Assembly (NCBI GenBank): GCA_030141605.1
Contig: JAQGDQ010000091.1
Location: forward strand, 248,001 to 312,000
Length of the DNA stretch: 64,000 nucleotides
Reading direction: 5' to 3'
Origin: Tubiluchus corallicola
Taxonomy: Eukaryota > Animalia > Priapulida
Made by a program: the position numbers and the translations under genes. The notes beneath the pieces are model-generated. The model saw only the letters and a list, made by a program, of their open reading frames with translations. It did no database searches and was not told where the DNA came from. Positions 1 through 11,053 of the stretch are shown here, piece after piece; the stretch's first letter is position 1; each line of letters begins with the position of its first letter.

Positions 1-26
1 GCTTAGCCATCTTTGCCTGTTTTTAG

Positions 27-183
27 AGCCGTAACAGGAGCGCCTTTGCCGTCTTACCATGCCTATAAGAAAATACCGACACCGTACGGTGGTAGACTGG
101 AATGGGAATTGCCTGGAGCCAATATACTTGTTGTACATTTAAAAGACAAGTCAAAGATTCGGCATAGAAAGCGCTGGAGTCAG
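27..183 (+). CDS. CHS: Chitin synthase, internal exon A (gene starts upstream of the window)
   Basis: ttttag| acceptor and CAG|gtaagt donor. Encodes TPYGGRLEWELPG...HLKDKSKIRHRKRWSQ, a signature of metazoan chitin synthases. Confidence 0.93.
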
Positions 184-667
184 GTAAGTACTACTGATTC
201 CAGCTGACTCAGTTGCTTGAGTGTCAGTAGTTTCGGCAATTTTAAGCAGTTTAGAGGAGAATTGTTTTTTAGCTCACTCGTTCGTTAATGTTAATGTATC
301 TACTGTCACTGGATTTCCCGTAGCATTCGTAAACATTACATTAGCCCTTGTAAACAATAACATGTTCTTATAAAGATTTCGCATTTGTGGATGAAAGAGT
401 TTTTTCTAAATAAAAAAGTCATTTTAAATAAAATTCTGCTATAGTGCGTGCTTCTTTTTCATCTAATAAAGGATAACCACCGATGAGACGAAAATCTAAC
501 TGAGACTTTCGTAATCAAATAAAATAATAGCCATTAAGTTTACAACCTCAATTCCCTTTTGGCTGCATTCCAATGAATAAATGGAAGGATAACATCTAAA
601 GATCTTTGAAATGTTCGACAAATAAACTCTCCTTTAGATTATTAAAGCATTTACTATTGCTGCGTAG

Positions 668-881
668 GTTATGTACATGTATTATTTGCTTGGCTGGAAA
701 CTTCTGGATCAACAGCCAGGAAAAGCTTTTGAAAAGCAAATCAGAGCTGATAATACATACATATTAGCTTTGGATGGTGACGTTGATTTCCAACCCTCGG
801 CGGTCTTACTATTGGTAGACTTAATGAAACGAAACTTAAACGTTGGTGCAGCTTGTGGCAGAATCCATCCTATTGGTTCAG
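668..881 (+). CDS. CHS: Chitin synthase exon B (GT2 catalytic domain)
   Basis: gtag| acceptor and G|gtaact donor. Joins exon A as RWSQ-VMYMYYLLG. Contains YILALDGDVDF and AACGRIHP. Confidence 0.95.
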
Positions 882-1141
882 GTAACTGAAACAAATTCAT
901 ATTTAAATTTTTCAGCAGAAGAGGCATAGCGAGTAATTGTGCCATCTGAATAAGCAAATTATACAAGTATTGTGTCGCAATAACCTATTGCACGTCCTAA
1001 ACAGCAAACGCAGAAAATATCAACTAGTTAAAGCAAATTCAAAAGCGATTTTGTTAATGTACACATATTGCAGATAGAAGAGAAAAAGAAGAAGAAGAAT
1101 GTCCATGCCACAAAGAATAGTTTTGGTGTTGAGACAGATTG

Positions 1142-1149
1142 TTATTATA

Positions 1150-1211
<62 letters not shown>

Positions 1212-1302
1212 CATTATTATAATAATAATAATAATAATTATTATTATTATTATTATTATTATTATTGTTGTTGTTATCATTATCATTATCATTATCATTA
1301 TG

Positions 1303-1334
<32 letters not shown>

Positions 1335-1348
1335 CATTATTATTATTA
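1142..1348. repeat. Compound (TTA)n/(TAA)n/(TATCAT)n microsatellite
   Basis: Directly visible trinucleotide and hexanucleotide tract. It produces the spurious poly-I and poly-Y ORFs. Confidence 0.98.
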
Positions 1349-1560
1349 CAACTCTCATTTATTCAGAAAATTTGAGGCACAATTAGCGAGCTTTCATAAG
1401 TGTTGGAGATCAAACTTATTTACAGCATCATATATAAACATTCACGTTTACTGACTGCGTGGTATACGGCTCGAAAAATCCCAACGTAGGCTTACGCGGT
1501 GGGATTTGAACCCAGAACACTCTGAATCGCCAACTAAGTGCAGTAAGAATTGGGCTCCCG
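1349..1560 (-). mobile_element. tRNA-derived SINE remnant
   Basis: Minus strand shows a degenerate A box (about 1545-1557), a B box GGGTTCAAATCCC (1501-1513) and AATAAA (1358-1363), then runs into the (TAA)n tract. Confidence 0.6.
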
Positions 1561-1828
1561 CACTTTCATGTTAAAAAAGAATCCTTTGGTAGAAGAAAAT
1601 TTTAGAAAAAAATGCATAGCTGCAAATTTAGGCGTAAACGCATGTTGTGCAAAAATGCATACTTAGGTTTATAAATTTGCACGACAAGAGACGGGTAGCT
1701 GAAAAGTGTTAAACAGATTAGTCGATCTTTTTGTTAAGATTCTTTGATCTATTCTTTTACGTGATAACAGAAGTGTTGTTTGAAAGTCTATTAAACACCT
1801 ATACTAAATTAGGTTTATAAATTTGCAG

Positions 1829-2029
1829 GCCCAATGGTTTGGTACCAAAAGTTTGAGTACGCAATAGGACACTGGTTGCAGAAAGCCACGGAGCACATGA
1901 TCGGATGTGTCCTGTGTAGTCCTGGTTGTTTCAGCTTGTTCCGTGCCAGTGCCATGATGACGTCCAATGTCATGCGTAGGTATGCTTGCAAAGCAGAAAA
2001 GGCAAGGGACTACATTCAATATGACCAAG
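1829..2029 (+). CDS. CHS: Chitin synthase exon C
   Basis: ttgcag| acceptor and G|gtttgt donor, phase 1-1. Encodes GPMVWYQKFEYAIGHWLQKATEH...CSPGCFSLFR...QYDQ. Confidence 0.96.
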
Positions 2030-2180
2030 GTTTGTGTATTGTATTTAATGGGAAGCTTGTGTCAGTATAGATATAGAGCAAATAGACCAAATAGAGCAAG
2101 TAGTTATAGACCAAATAGTAGTACGCCTGAGATTTATAGTAGCATTTCAGTAATATAGATACGGTGTCTGTATTTGAAAT

Positions 2181-2425
2181 TTTCCCCAAAATACAGTATT
2201 TGAAATTTTATCAAAGTTATATAGATCTATATGAGCAAAAATCTTGACGATTACATAATTTTGAACTTGATTTTATGATAAAAATTGTTACTTCGATCGT
2301 ACTTTATCTTCTAATTGATTGGAGAAACTAACTTCACCCAAAACACAGGATTTGAAATTTTCCTCAAATTATATGGATCTTGTTGATTAAGTACTCTAAC
2401 GGTTATATAAATTTAACTTGATTTT
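2181..2425. repeat. Diverged direct duplication of about 90 bp
   Basis: cccaaaatacagtatttgaaatttt...aacttgatttt (2181-2274) resembles cccaaaacacaggatttgaaatttt...aacttgatttt (2333-2425). Confidence 0.75.
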
Positions 2426-2699
2426 GGGTTTCATTTGCTTGCAGCTTGTTTCCCAACTTGTTCAAAAACCAATAAGGGTCCATTTGACTTATAATACGCT
2501 GTACAATGTAATTGTGCTGCATTAGTAAATGTAAAAATTCAAAAGAATTACGCGGTAAATTATTAACTGTTGTTATTTATACACGCCTATTTTTTTAAAC
2601 ATTTGTTTTATAAACAATACTTTTGCAGTGGTTACATGTGTTCTGTTCAAAATTCTTGTCACAAATCCGATACTATCTCAACAAACCAGTATTCAAACG

Positions 2700-3762
2700 T
2701 ATTTTGCACTCAGTTTAATTCAGACGGGCGTCTTTCTTGTTGTTACAACGCCTCAATAGGCCCATATTTGTACACAGGTTTAGATATCATTTAGGCCATA
2801 GCTCATATTATAACCCTAATTTGTGTGGCTTCCGAATTAATTGCTGTTTATGCTGGTGTTTTAATTCTTACACAAACATTTCAGTACAGAAGTGAATGTA
2901 ATAGTCAAACAGTAAGTAATCTGATTGATTGACTGATATTTGCTGATATATTGATTAACAGCATTTACAAGTTTTGACAAACAAAAACGTTAATGCTATC
3001 TTCTACTTAATTACACTTTATATTTTGCTTATAATAGGATGTGTAGAAATCAATCCCGGTCCAAATAATACTCGGTTAGTAAATGATAATACTGAACTGT
3101 CTATTTTTATCAAGCACTTTATCTTTGGAAAACACATCTGTTGTTAAACAATCAAATCACTGGCTACATTTCAGAAAAAACTAAAACAATACCAACTAAG
3201 TAGATTTAAAAAACCAACTCATATAAATAATATTAACTTCTTTAATTCAAATTTTGTATGTCCACGTCCCCAATAACTAAGAAAAGTTTCCTTGATTATA
3301 AATTCACAAGTCATTCGTAAATTAAAACGGTAATCTACAAGTAATTTCTGTTATGTATTATATGTGAATGCAATCTGTATATTGTGAAATTGATGTAAAT
3401 TTTGTCTTTGTTATTATGTATTTTACTTATCATGTTATGCCTATGTATTGTATTATGTATTATATGTATATTGTATTATGTATTATATGTATATTGTAAT
3501 AATGTAAACTTCGTCTTACGTTTATTACGTACTTTACTTACATATATTGCATTATGTACCTATTGTATCTATGTATGTAAATGAGTATTTCTAGTTGTAT
3601 CTAGTTTTAGTTTTATGCACAGTAGTTTATAGTTTTGCACCGACAGCATTTGCCTTTAGAAGTATTTTAATAATTATTAATTAGATTTAACACTGAGGAT
3701 TGTGATTTTATTGTAATCTATTTTACGGCAAATAAAGTATTATTATACTATATATTATAATA
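2700..3762 (+). mobile_element. Internally deleted CR1/L2-group LINE remnant with 2A-like motif (5' boundary uncertain)
   Basis: Frame from 3001 reads FYLITLYILLIIGCVEINPGPNNTRLVNDNTELSIF. It is followed by LW...SLATFQKKLKQY (LINE ORF2 C-terminus-like), a TGTA/TAT-rich 3' UTR, AATAAA at 3731 and a short (TAT)n tail. Confidence 0.6.
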
Positions 3763-4192
3763 ACTCTTTCATAGTTTTGCATGCTTTGTAAAATTGTGAT
3801 CTTTGCCTAGAACCAGTTCAAATGAATGGAAGTTTAATTAGTATAATCTTATTGTCAAAATCATTGTTAATGATAGTAAAAACCCCAAATTAATTAAATT
3901 TTGATACCAAACTTGTACGACAGGAAATGTGATTTTCTGAATTTGGTTGGCCAGCTAAAAAAACGAACAGACTGCATTGAGCACTGTTGAAAACGGTGGC
4001 TTAGTGATCTAATGTATCTGCCTCTGTTCAAATCCACGTTGTATTATAACTTTTCAACATTTCACGCTTTTAAGTTTCGGATATCGAAATTTATTTAATT
4101 GCGAATTTGTTCCTTAATGAAAGGAAGCTGTTGTATCCTACTGGAGCCGTTTGATTATGCAAATCATTTGCTTGATATTATCTCGTATATAG

Positions 4193-4360
4193 GAGAAGAC
4201 AGATGGCTATGCACTCTGTTATTGCAAGCAGGCTTCAGAGTGGAATATTCAGCAGCTGCTGATGCGCTCACTTATGCACCAGAAGGTCTGTTTGAATTCT
4301 ACAATCAGCGTCGACGCTGGATGCCGTCAACAATGGCGAACATCATGGATGTCATCGCAG
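4193..4360 (+). CDS. CHS: Chitin synthase exon D (catalytic EDR and QRRRW motifs)
   Basis: atag| acceptor and G|gtgaga donor. Encodes GEDRWLCTLLLQ...EFYNQRRRWMPSTMANI. Confidence 0.97.
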
Positions 4361-4736
4361 GTGAGAGCGAAAATAACACAGGGAAAGGATGAATTATGAT
4401 TATCTCGTTTATGGTTATCATCATCTCAACTGAGAATCAATTTTAATAAAACTGCCAACTGTTTATGAAGCCTGCATTCCCAACTTAATGAACCTTTATC
4501 TTTTGCTTTTTATCTTCTAACAATAGAGTCCACAGAGCACGTCAAATTAAGAGGCAAATAAAGAATATGGAAAACATTATGGTTAATTAACAATAATGAC
4601 ATTATAATGATACACGTACGTAAACTAGTAAAAACATCGGCAACGAGTGGCACTGGTGGCAGGACCAGCAGCAACAGAAGTAGTACATTAAAATTATGAA
4701 ATAGAAATGTAACTTGCTATAATTTTGTTACTACAG

Positions 4737-4879
4737 CTGGCAGCAGTACTGTCAAAAGAAATGACACCATTTCTTGGCTCTACATCATCTACCAAGCTGT
4801 ACTATTTGGCAGCTCTATTCTTGGGCCTGGTACAACGTTTCTTATGATCGTAGGAGCTATAGATGCAGCATTACCTGGG
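4737..4879 (+). CDS. CHS: Chitin synthase exon E (start of the transmembrane bundle); absent from the ORF track
   Basis: ctacag| acceptor and GGG|gtatca donor, phase 1-0. Encodes AGSSTVKRNDTISWLYIIYQAVLFGSSILGPGTTFLMIVGAIDAALPG. Confidence 0.92.
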
Positions 4880-5473
4880 GTATCAGCTTTTATAATTATT
4901 TAATCAAAACACATTATGACTACATAAAGAATAGAAGTATAGTCGAACAGTAATAAGCAGAACAGTACCAGACGCAACGTAACACAGGCAGAGAGCAGTA
5001 GTTACAGTGAAAAGTTTTTGTTGCGCTAAACATACATGCATACCTTCATGGTTAGCGATTATGCTCTTCAAGACTATTGTAGAGGCCTAGAAGGAAGATG
5101 TACAGGTTTTTACCTTTTCTGATCGCTTTTAAAAATATCCCCTCTAGAAAAAATATTTGTAATCTCATGGGATGTATAAGTTAACAGTGAAGTCAGGGCC
5201 GAGTACTTATCGGAAGAATAAATGTGTTGAAGTTAATGTGCCTTTGAAATTTGTTCCTGTAAAATGATATTTACATGGATTTCTGCCTTTTGTGTGCAAC
5301 CGAAATCGATGGGAAATAGTAAAAATAATTTTGCCCAGCCGTTTTAAACAGCAGGACAAGCGACCGCCTAATTAGCAGATAGTGTAATTTTTATAGGTAC
5401 TGTAACGCTAATTACGCTTTTTGGCGTTAGCATTGGCATTTCGATATAGTGATACTTATGGTTCTGTTTGCAG

Positions 5474-5575
5474 ACTCTGGAGAAAGAGAACAGTATCTAC
5501 TGGTCGTTTGTATTTAATCTCGTCCCTGTAATAATTTTCATAATCATCTGCTTTGCAGCAAAACCAGACATACAG
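5474..5575 (+). CDS. CHS: Chitin synthase exon F; absent from the ORF track
   Basis: ttgcag| acceptor and CAG|gtaggt donor, 102 nt. Encodes TLEKENSIYWSFVFNLVPVIIFIIICFAAKPDIQ. Confidence 0.9.
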
Positions 5576-5612
5576 GTAGGTACCTACTTTCAGATGTGTA
5601 GGCCTATGTAAA

Positions 5613-6513
<901 letters not shown>

Positions 6514-6690
6514 AAGATTTTTTTGCTCTATTCTTTTACGTGATAAGATGAGAACAAAACCTATTTATGAAGCCAAAGGAAAACCAGCAACAGTTTGGTT
6601 AACTAATGATGACAGAAGTATTGCTTGAAAGTCTATCAAACACCTATATTAATACCTGCTTATACATAATAACTCCTTACTCATTTACAG

Positions 6691-6879
6691 CTGAAAGCTG
6701 CTGGTCTTTTAACTGGAATATACAGCATAGCCATGATGGTTGTCGTGGTGGGCACAATGGTGCAGGTTGCAGAGCAAGGTCCAACATCCCCTAGTGCTGT
6801 TTTCTTATGGATTCTACTCGGAGCGTTTGTTGGGGCTGCATTGCTACATCCCAGGGAGATAATGTGCGTCATTCATTTG
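6691..6879 (+). CDS. CHS: Chitin synthase exon G (transmembrane helices)
   Basis: ttacag| acceptor and TTG|gtgggt donor, 189 nt. Encodes LKAAGLLTGIYSIAMMVVVVG...SPSAVFL...AALLHPRE. The ORF track calls the wrong frame here. Confidence 0.93.
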
Positions 6880-7292
6880 GTGGGTTGTTGTTTTTAACTT
6901 TATTAGGTAAAGTTAAGAAGTAAATTTGTAATAAAGTAAATTTGAATCATTTGCTAAAGCTGTAAGTACTTTTAAATTCCTGTTACATGAACAACTGGAA
7001 CTGGTACTGGAACAATAGACCCAAATAATTCTTTGAAAAGAGGTAATGGTCTTTAGTCTAACAGTTGTTTCTTGGACAATATATATGAATACTAACTAAG
7101 ACTTTAGTACTCAAGGAATATTTCAAGTATTTGCTGAATATAGTTATATACTTAAGTTTTTAATTACACGAATGCTGTAACAATAACAAGATCAGTTGAT
7201 CAATCACACAAAAATAAATATTCCATTATACTATTATGTTGATTGAAGTGTTGAAAATCAGTGGATATTTAATAATACAGTTTTGATTACAG

Positions 7293-7476
7293 TTGCTGTA
7301 TTTTTTGACGGTTCCTTCAACGTTTATCTTTCTGATCATTTACTCGCTTTGTAACCTCAACAATGTCTCGTGGGGAACTAGAGAAACCAAGGCTAAGAAA
7401 ACCAAAGAAGAGTTGCAGGCGGAGAAAGAAAAAGAAGAAAGTATAAAAAAAGCGAAGGAGAATCACAGCTGGTTGA
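7293..7476 (+). CDS. CHS: Chitin synthase exon H (WGTRE motif, start of coiled coil)
   Basis: ttacag| acceptor and A|gtaagt donor. Encodes LLYFLTVPSTFIFLIIYSLCNLNNVSWGTRE. Confidence 0.96.
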
Positions 7477-7569
7477 GTAAGTTAAACTGAGTTTCACGAA
7501 AAACTGTCTTGCTGACTTCAGGCAAATAGTTGATTGATCTCGATACTCTATAATTTTAATGTCGTGAGA

Positions 7570-7680
7570 GGAGAAATGGCTAAGTGGTCAGTGTGTGGGT
7601 GCTTCTAATCACCGAAGTTAAGCCACATAAAGCACGGCCATTGCCAAGAAAAGTGCTTCTGGGGAGCTTCGTCTGCCATA
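7570..7680 (+). mobile_element. Pol III-derived SINE-like head (tRNA A box plus 5S rRNA-like segment)
   Basis: TGGCTAAGTGG at 7577-7587, then TCACCGAAGTTAAGC at 7609-7623, which resembles the invertebrate 5S box A region. The match decays towards CTGGGGA. Confidence 0.45.
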
Positions 7681-8026
7681 CTGCCTCTGGCTATTTACCA
7701 CATTAAAGAAGGATGTATACGCAGCCACAACTTTGCCTGTTCAGTGTTTTATCTTAGAACGTTAGAATCTCATCTATATTCCGGTACCACCTGTAATTGG
7801 GATCTACATCGTGCCGATACCGATGAATGCCCAATCTCAGTAAAAGGAAAGAGCAAACGAATTAGGTCTACCAACAAACCATGAAATACAAAACAGAATA
7901 ACAAACGTACATGTACCGTATAATGGGATAACCTTGCCCTTAGTTCTGTCTCAAGTAATCCTGTCGGCTCAAGTAACGCATCATATGGTACTTGCAAAGT
8001 CTGTGCCCTTATAATCACTTTTCTAG

Positions 8027-8169
8027 GTTTTCTGGGCATCACTAGAGAAATGCAAAAGAAAATGGAATCAACATTTTCCATTGGATGTCACACAGTCTGT
8101 CGACTTATGTGCTGCCTAGAGGAGAAAAAACCAGAACAGTCTCCCGAACTCTTAACTCTTGTGACGAAA
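8027..8169 (+). CDS. CHS: Chitin synthase exon I
   Basis: ttctag| acceptor and AAA|gtaagt donor, phase 1-0. Encodes SFLGITREMQKKMESTFSIGCHTVCRLMCC...LVTK. Confidence 0.88.
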
Positions 8170-8319
8170 GTAAGTACATTACTTTTTTACTTTTTTACGC
8201 ATAATCAATACGATACCTATACTCAATGTTTTATTTACTAGATACGTGTTAATTTTCAAAAGATTATAATGCTGTTGAACGAGTTTATGAATCAATGACT
8301 CTAATGTTTTTAATTGATC

Positions 8320-8453
8320 ATGACGATGATGATGATGATGACGACCATAAAGATGACGGAGACGACAATGTAGATGTGGACGAAGATTACACATGACGAT
8401 GACGATAATGATTGACAATAATCCGACAATCACGATAATAGAGATAACAATGA
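8320..8453. repeat. Degenerate (GAT/GAC)n simple repeat
   Basis: Low-complexity gatgatgacgac/gacaat tract inside an intron. Confidence 0.7.
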
Positions 8454-8481
8454 TACTTGCAGGTTCTTTTTTGATAAATAG

Positions 8482-8641
8482 GTAGAAAATGTGCAAGGTG
8501 ACATGAAGAAAATCATGTCAAGGTTAGACATTCCACACGATGTTGTCACAGAAGAACCAAAACCCATTATAAAGAGAACAAAAACTACTAAAGTTTCAGT
8601 TAGGGCAGTACCTTCCTTGGTGCCCGAAGACGATGAAAATT
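8482..8641 (+). CDS. CHS: Chitin synthase exon J
   Basis: aatag| acceptor and T|gtaagt donor, phase 0-1. Encodes VENVQGDMKKIMSRLD...VPEDDEN. The nearby ttgcag acceptor at 8462 would hit a stop. Confidence 0.82.
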
Positions 8642-9404
8642 GTAAGTGTTATATCCACAGTAGGACTAGAAGGGCTTTCCCTTTGATAAGGCTTCACTGG
8701 CTTGTAAGTTCATGGAATTTGAACACCAAAGCTTCTCTTTTCTCTCGAATGTAGCCCTTTTAGTTTTATTTTAGGAATTATAAGACGCATAGGCATCATC
8801 CTTTTCCATGGCAAAATCAAGAAAAAAGTTTTTTAGGGTTCAGTTAGGCCTAAGGCCATTTTTGCTTATTGTAATGAAAAAGTTTTTAATGATATATGTA
8901 CATGACGATATATATCAACTTGGTTTTTGATTACCATATACTGTAAAAAGAGTAAAATAGTTGTTATAAAATGTAAAAGCACTGATATTTATACATGACT
9001 AGCAGAACAAAAGTCAAAAGCGAACATCTTAATTGCTGTACAGTAGTTACCTACAGACTCTCCTGACTCCAACACTGTTATAATTTTGCGTTTGTGCTAC
9101 AATTGTAGTTAGTGTATTTGTCTGTTATAAGCGCAGGAATAAAAGTGTGGTCTTCATTAGGCCGCTATAGTCAGCGTAAAGACATCAGTGATGCTATCCT
9201 CATTTACGTATTCCACATCCGATTTTTAATTACCTTAATGATAATGGTGTACGTTATTGATAGACATGCATACTGTAAATGAACTAATTTATTTTTGAGC
9301 ATTTCTTAAACAAATGATTTACTTGTAACTCTACGATTAATAAATATTACCATTCACATCGCTTACTATTTACAGTAATCACCGTCTAGAAATTTTTGTT
9401 ATAG

Positions 9405-9580
9405 ACTATAGCGACACAGCTATATTAAGAGATGATATGGCAAATCCTTACTGGATAGAGGATAGTGATTTGAAAGCAGGTAAACGTGATAACTTAGAGG
9501 ACGTGGAAATTGCATTTTGGAGAGACATGATTCGCAAATATCTTGAACCAATGGAAGGTGATAAGAAGCACCAACAGGAG
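9405..9580 (+). CDS. CHS: Chitin synthase exon K (ends at a GC donor)
   Basis: ttatag| acceptor in phase 1. Encodes RDDMANPYWIEDSDLK...FWRDMIRKYLEPMEGDKKHQQE. Donor is GAG|gcaaga. Confidence 0.88.
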
Positions 9581-9788
9581 GCAAGATGCTGTTATAATAG
9601 TTGTAATAAAGTGCCTATAAAATGTATTAATTTATATTCTTTGTGTGTTTATTTGTTCTTTGCAACTTTTGCTGTAGGAATAGAAATGTTCAAAATATAC
9701 AGCTCATGAACTTATGTTAATTATAATTAAACTTAAATTACTATGGGACGAAAAACTGGCTTTTCAATTGATCATTTATCCTTTCCAG

Positions 9789-10781
9789 GTTGCAGCACAA
9801 TTAAAGGAATTGCGCAACAATATTGTTCTTGCGGTGCTTATGCTCAATGGATTATTTGTGACTGTCATATTCTTTTTGCAAATAAATCCTACAGTTCATG
9901 TAACTTGGCCATTGGATCCAGACGGTGAGCAGACACTAGACCCCATTGGATTTGCATTTCTTGTATTCTATGTTGCCATCCTTCTGTTACAGTTCATTGC
10001 AATGTTGTTCCATCGCCTAGGAACTTTTATGCATATCATGGCAACCACGACTTTATCCATGTGTCGCAAGGCAGTGCCTACGCCAGATGGAGATGACGAT
10101 CTTAAACAGAATGGCTTGAATATAGTCAAAGAAATGCAAACGCTGAAAGATGCAGATCGTTCACTCGAAGAAGATGAAAAGGTACTGGATGAAGGTGTAG
10201 ACATGCATGAACGATACCTGGATCAGTTTATAGAAAGGGGTATTCAACCCCCGCCAAATGACTTTGCGAGGCGTAACACAATGGCTCGCCATTCAGTAAT
10301 CCACATTGTGGGAAAGCCAGTCAGAAAGGAGCGACAGAAGACATTTAAATACGAAGATGCTTTCCGTAAACGCTTGGAATGTATCCAGATTCCCAGTGAA
10401 AGTTCAATAAGAGATGGGGTTGGCGATGGAACCGGAAGCGTTCGCATTACCCGTGGGCTTACTGTAAGAAGAGGAACAGCATTTGCTTTGACCCAGAGAA
10501 AGGATTTTGCAAGTAGAGCTCCAGCAAAAAGGCGAATAGATCGTTTGCGTGAACAAGCTGGTTACAGGCCAGATGAAGACGTCTATCACGATATTGATGA
10601 AAGTGAACGTTTCGGAGCAGCAAAACCCATAATCAGGCGTGATTTGAAGCCACGACAAGGCAGTGGAGAATACGACGATATTGTTAGAGGTGAAGATCCA
10701 TATGATGATGTAGTACAAGGTCGTGACCATGGCATATATGATGATGCAAGTTCAGATGTAATGCAATTACGAAAGTTTTGA
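9789..10781 (+). CDS. CHS: Chitin synthase terminal exon (last TM helices and long cytoplasmic tail)
   Basis: ttccag| acceptor. Encodes VAAQLKELRN...NGLFV...LDPIG...QFIAMLFHRLGT and stays open to TGA at 10779-10781. Confidence 0.95.
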   Translation, partial: VAAQLKELRNNIVLAVLMLNGLFVTVIFFLQINPTVHVTWPLDPDGEQTLDPIGFAFLVFYVAILLLQFIAMLFHRLGTFMHIMATTTLSMCRKAVPTPDGDDDLKQNGLNIVKEMQTLKDADRSLEEDEKVLDEGVDMHERYLDQFIERGIQPPPNDFARRNTMARHSVIHIVGKPVRKERQKTFKYEDAFRKRLECIQIPSESSIRDGVGDGTGSVRITRGLTVRRGTAFALTQRKDFASRAPAKRRIDRLREQAGYRPDEDVYHDIDESERFGAAKPIIRRDLKPRQGSGEYDDIVRGEDPYDDVVQGRDHGIYDDASSDVMQLRKF

Positions 10782-11024
10782 ATATTAGGAAATTTCATCC
10801 AAGTCATGATTATTGGTAAAAAAGCTGTCAAGCTAGACTTTTCTACACCATGTTATATTTACGCTTGAACACAGTTAATATTAAGAATTGTTGTACTATT
10901 AAAAGTACAGTAAGGTTTTACTAAAGCAGAAAAACTTATAGTGTGTAAAGTAATTTTTGAATTTCGCATATCATAATCTGCGGGTGTGTAGCCAGATTCC
11001 GCAAAATTTCAGAGACGATGCAGC

Positions 11025-11053
11025 AATAAAATTACTGTAATTGCTGTAATAAA
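11025..11053 (+). promoter_or_regulatory. Candidate polyadenylation signals of the chitin synthase gene
   Basis: Two AATAAA hexamers (11025, 11048) about 250 nt after the stop. The motif is common in AT-rich DNA. Confidence 0.4.

Noticed and set aside
1020-1454. Poly-Ile, poly-Tyr and His/Tyr ORFs
   Set aside because: Translations of the intronic (TTA)n microsatellite.
1490-1560. tRNA gene
   Set aside because: Only the B box is good and no cloverleaf can be drawn; treated as a SINE head. The same applies to 50616-50685.
7609-7670. Functional 5S rRNA gene
   Set aside because: Only about 15 nt match well; the 5' end and box C are missing or degenerate.
9968-10831. Four antisense ORFs over the terminal CHS exon
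   Set aside because: Shadow frames of a real coding exon, with no independent coding signal.
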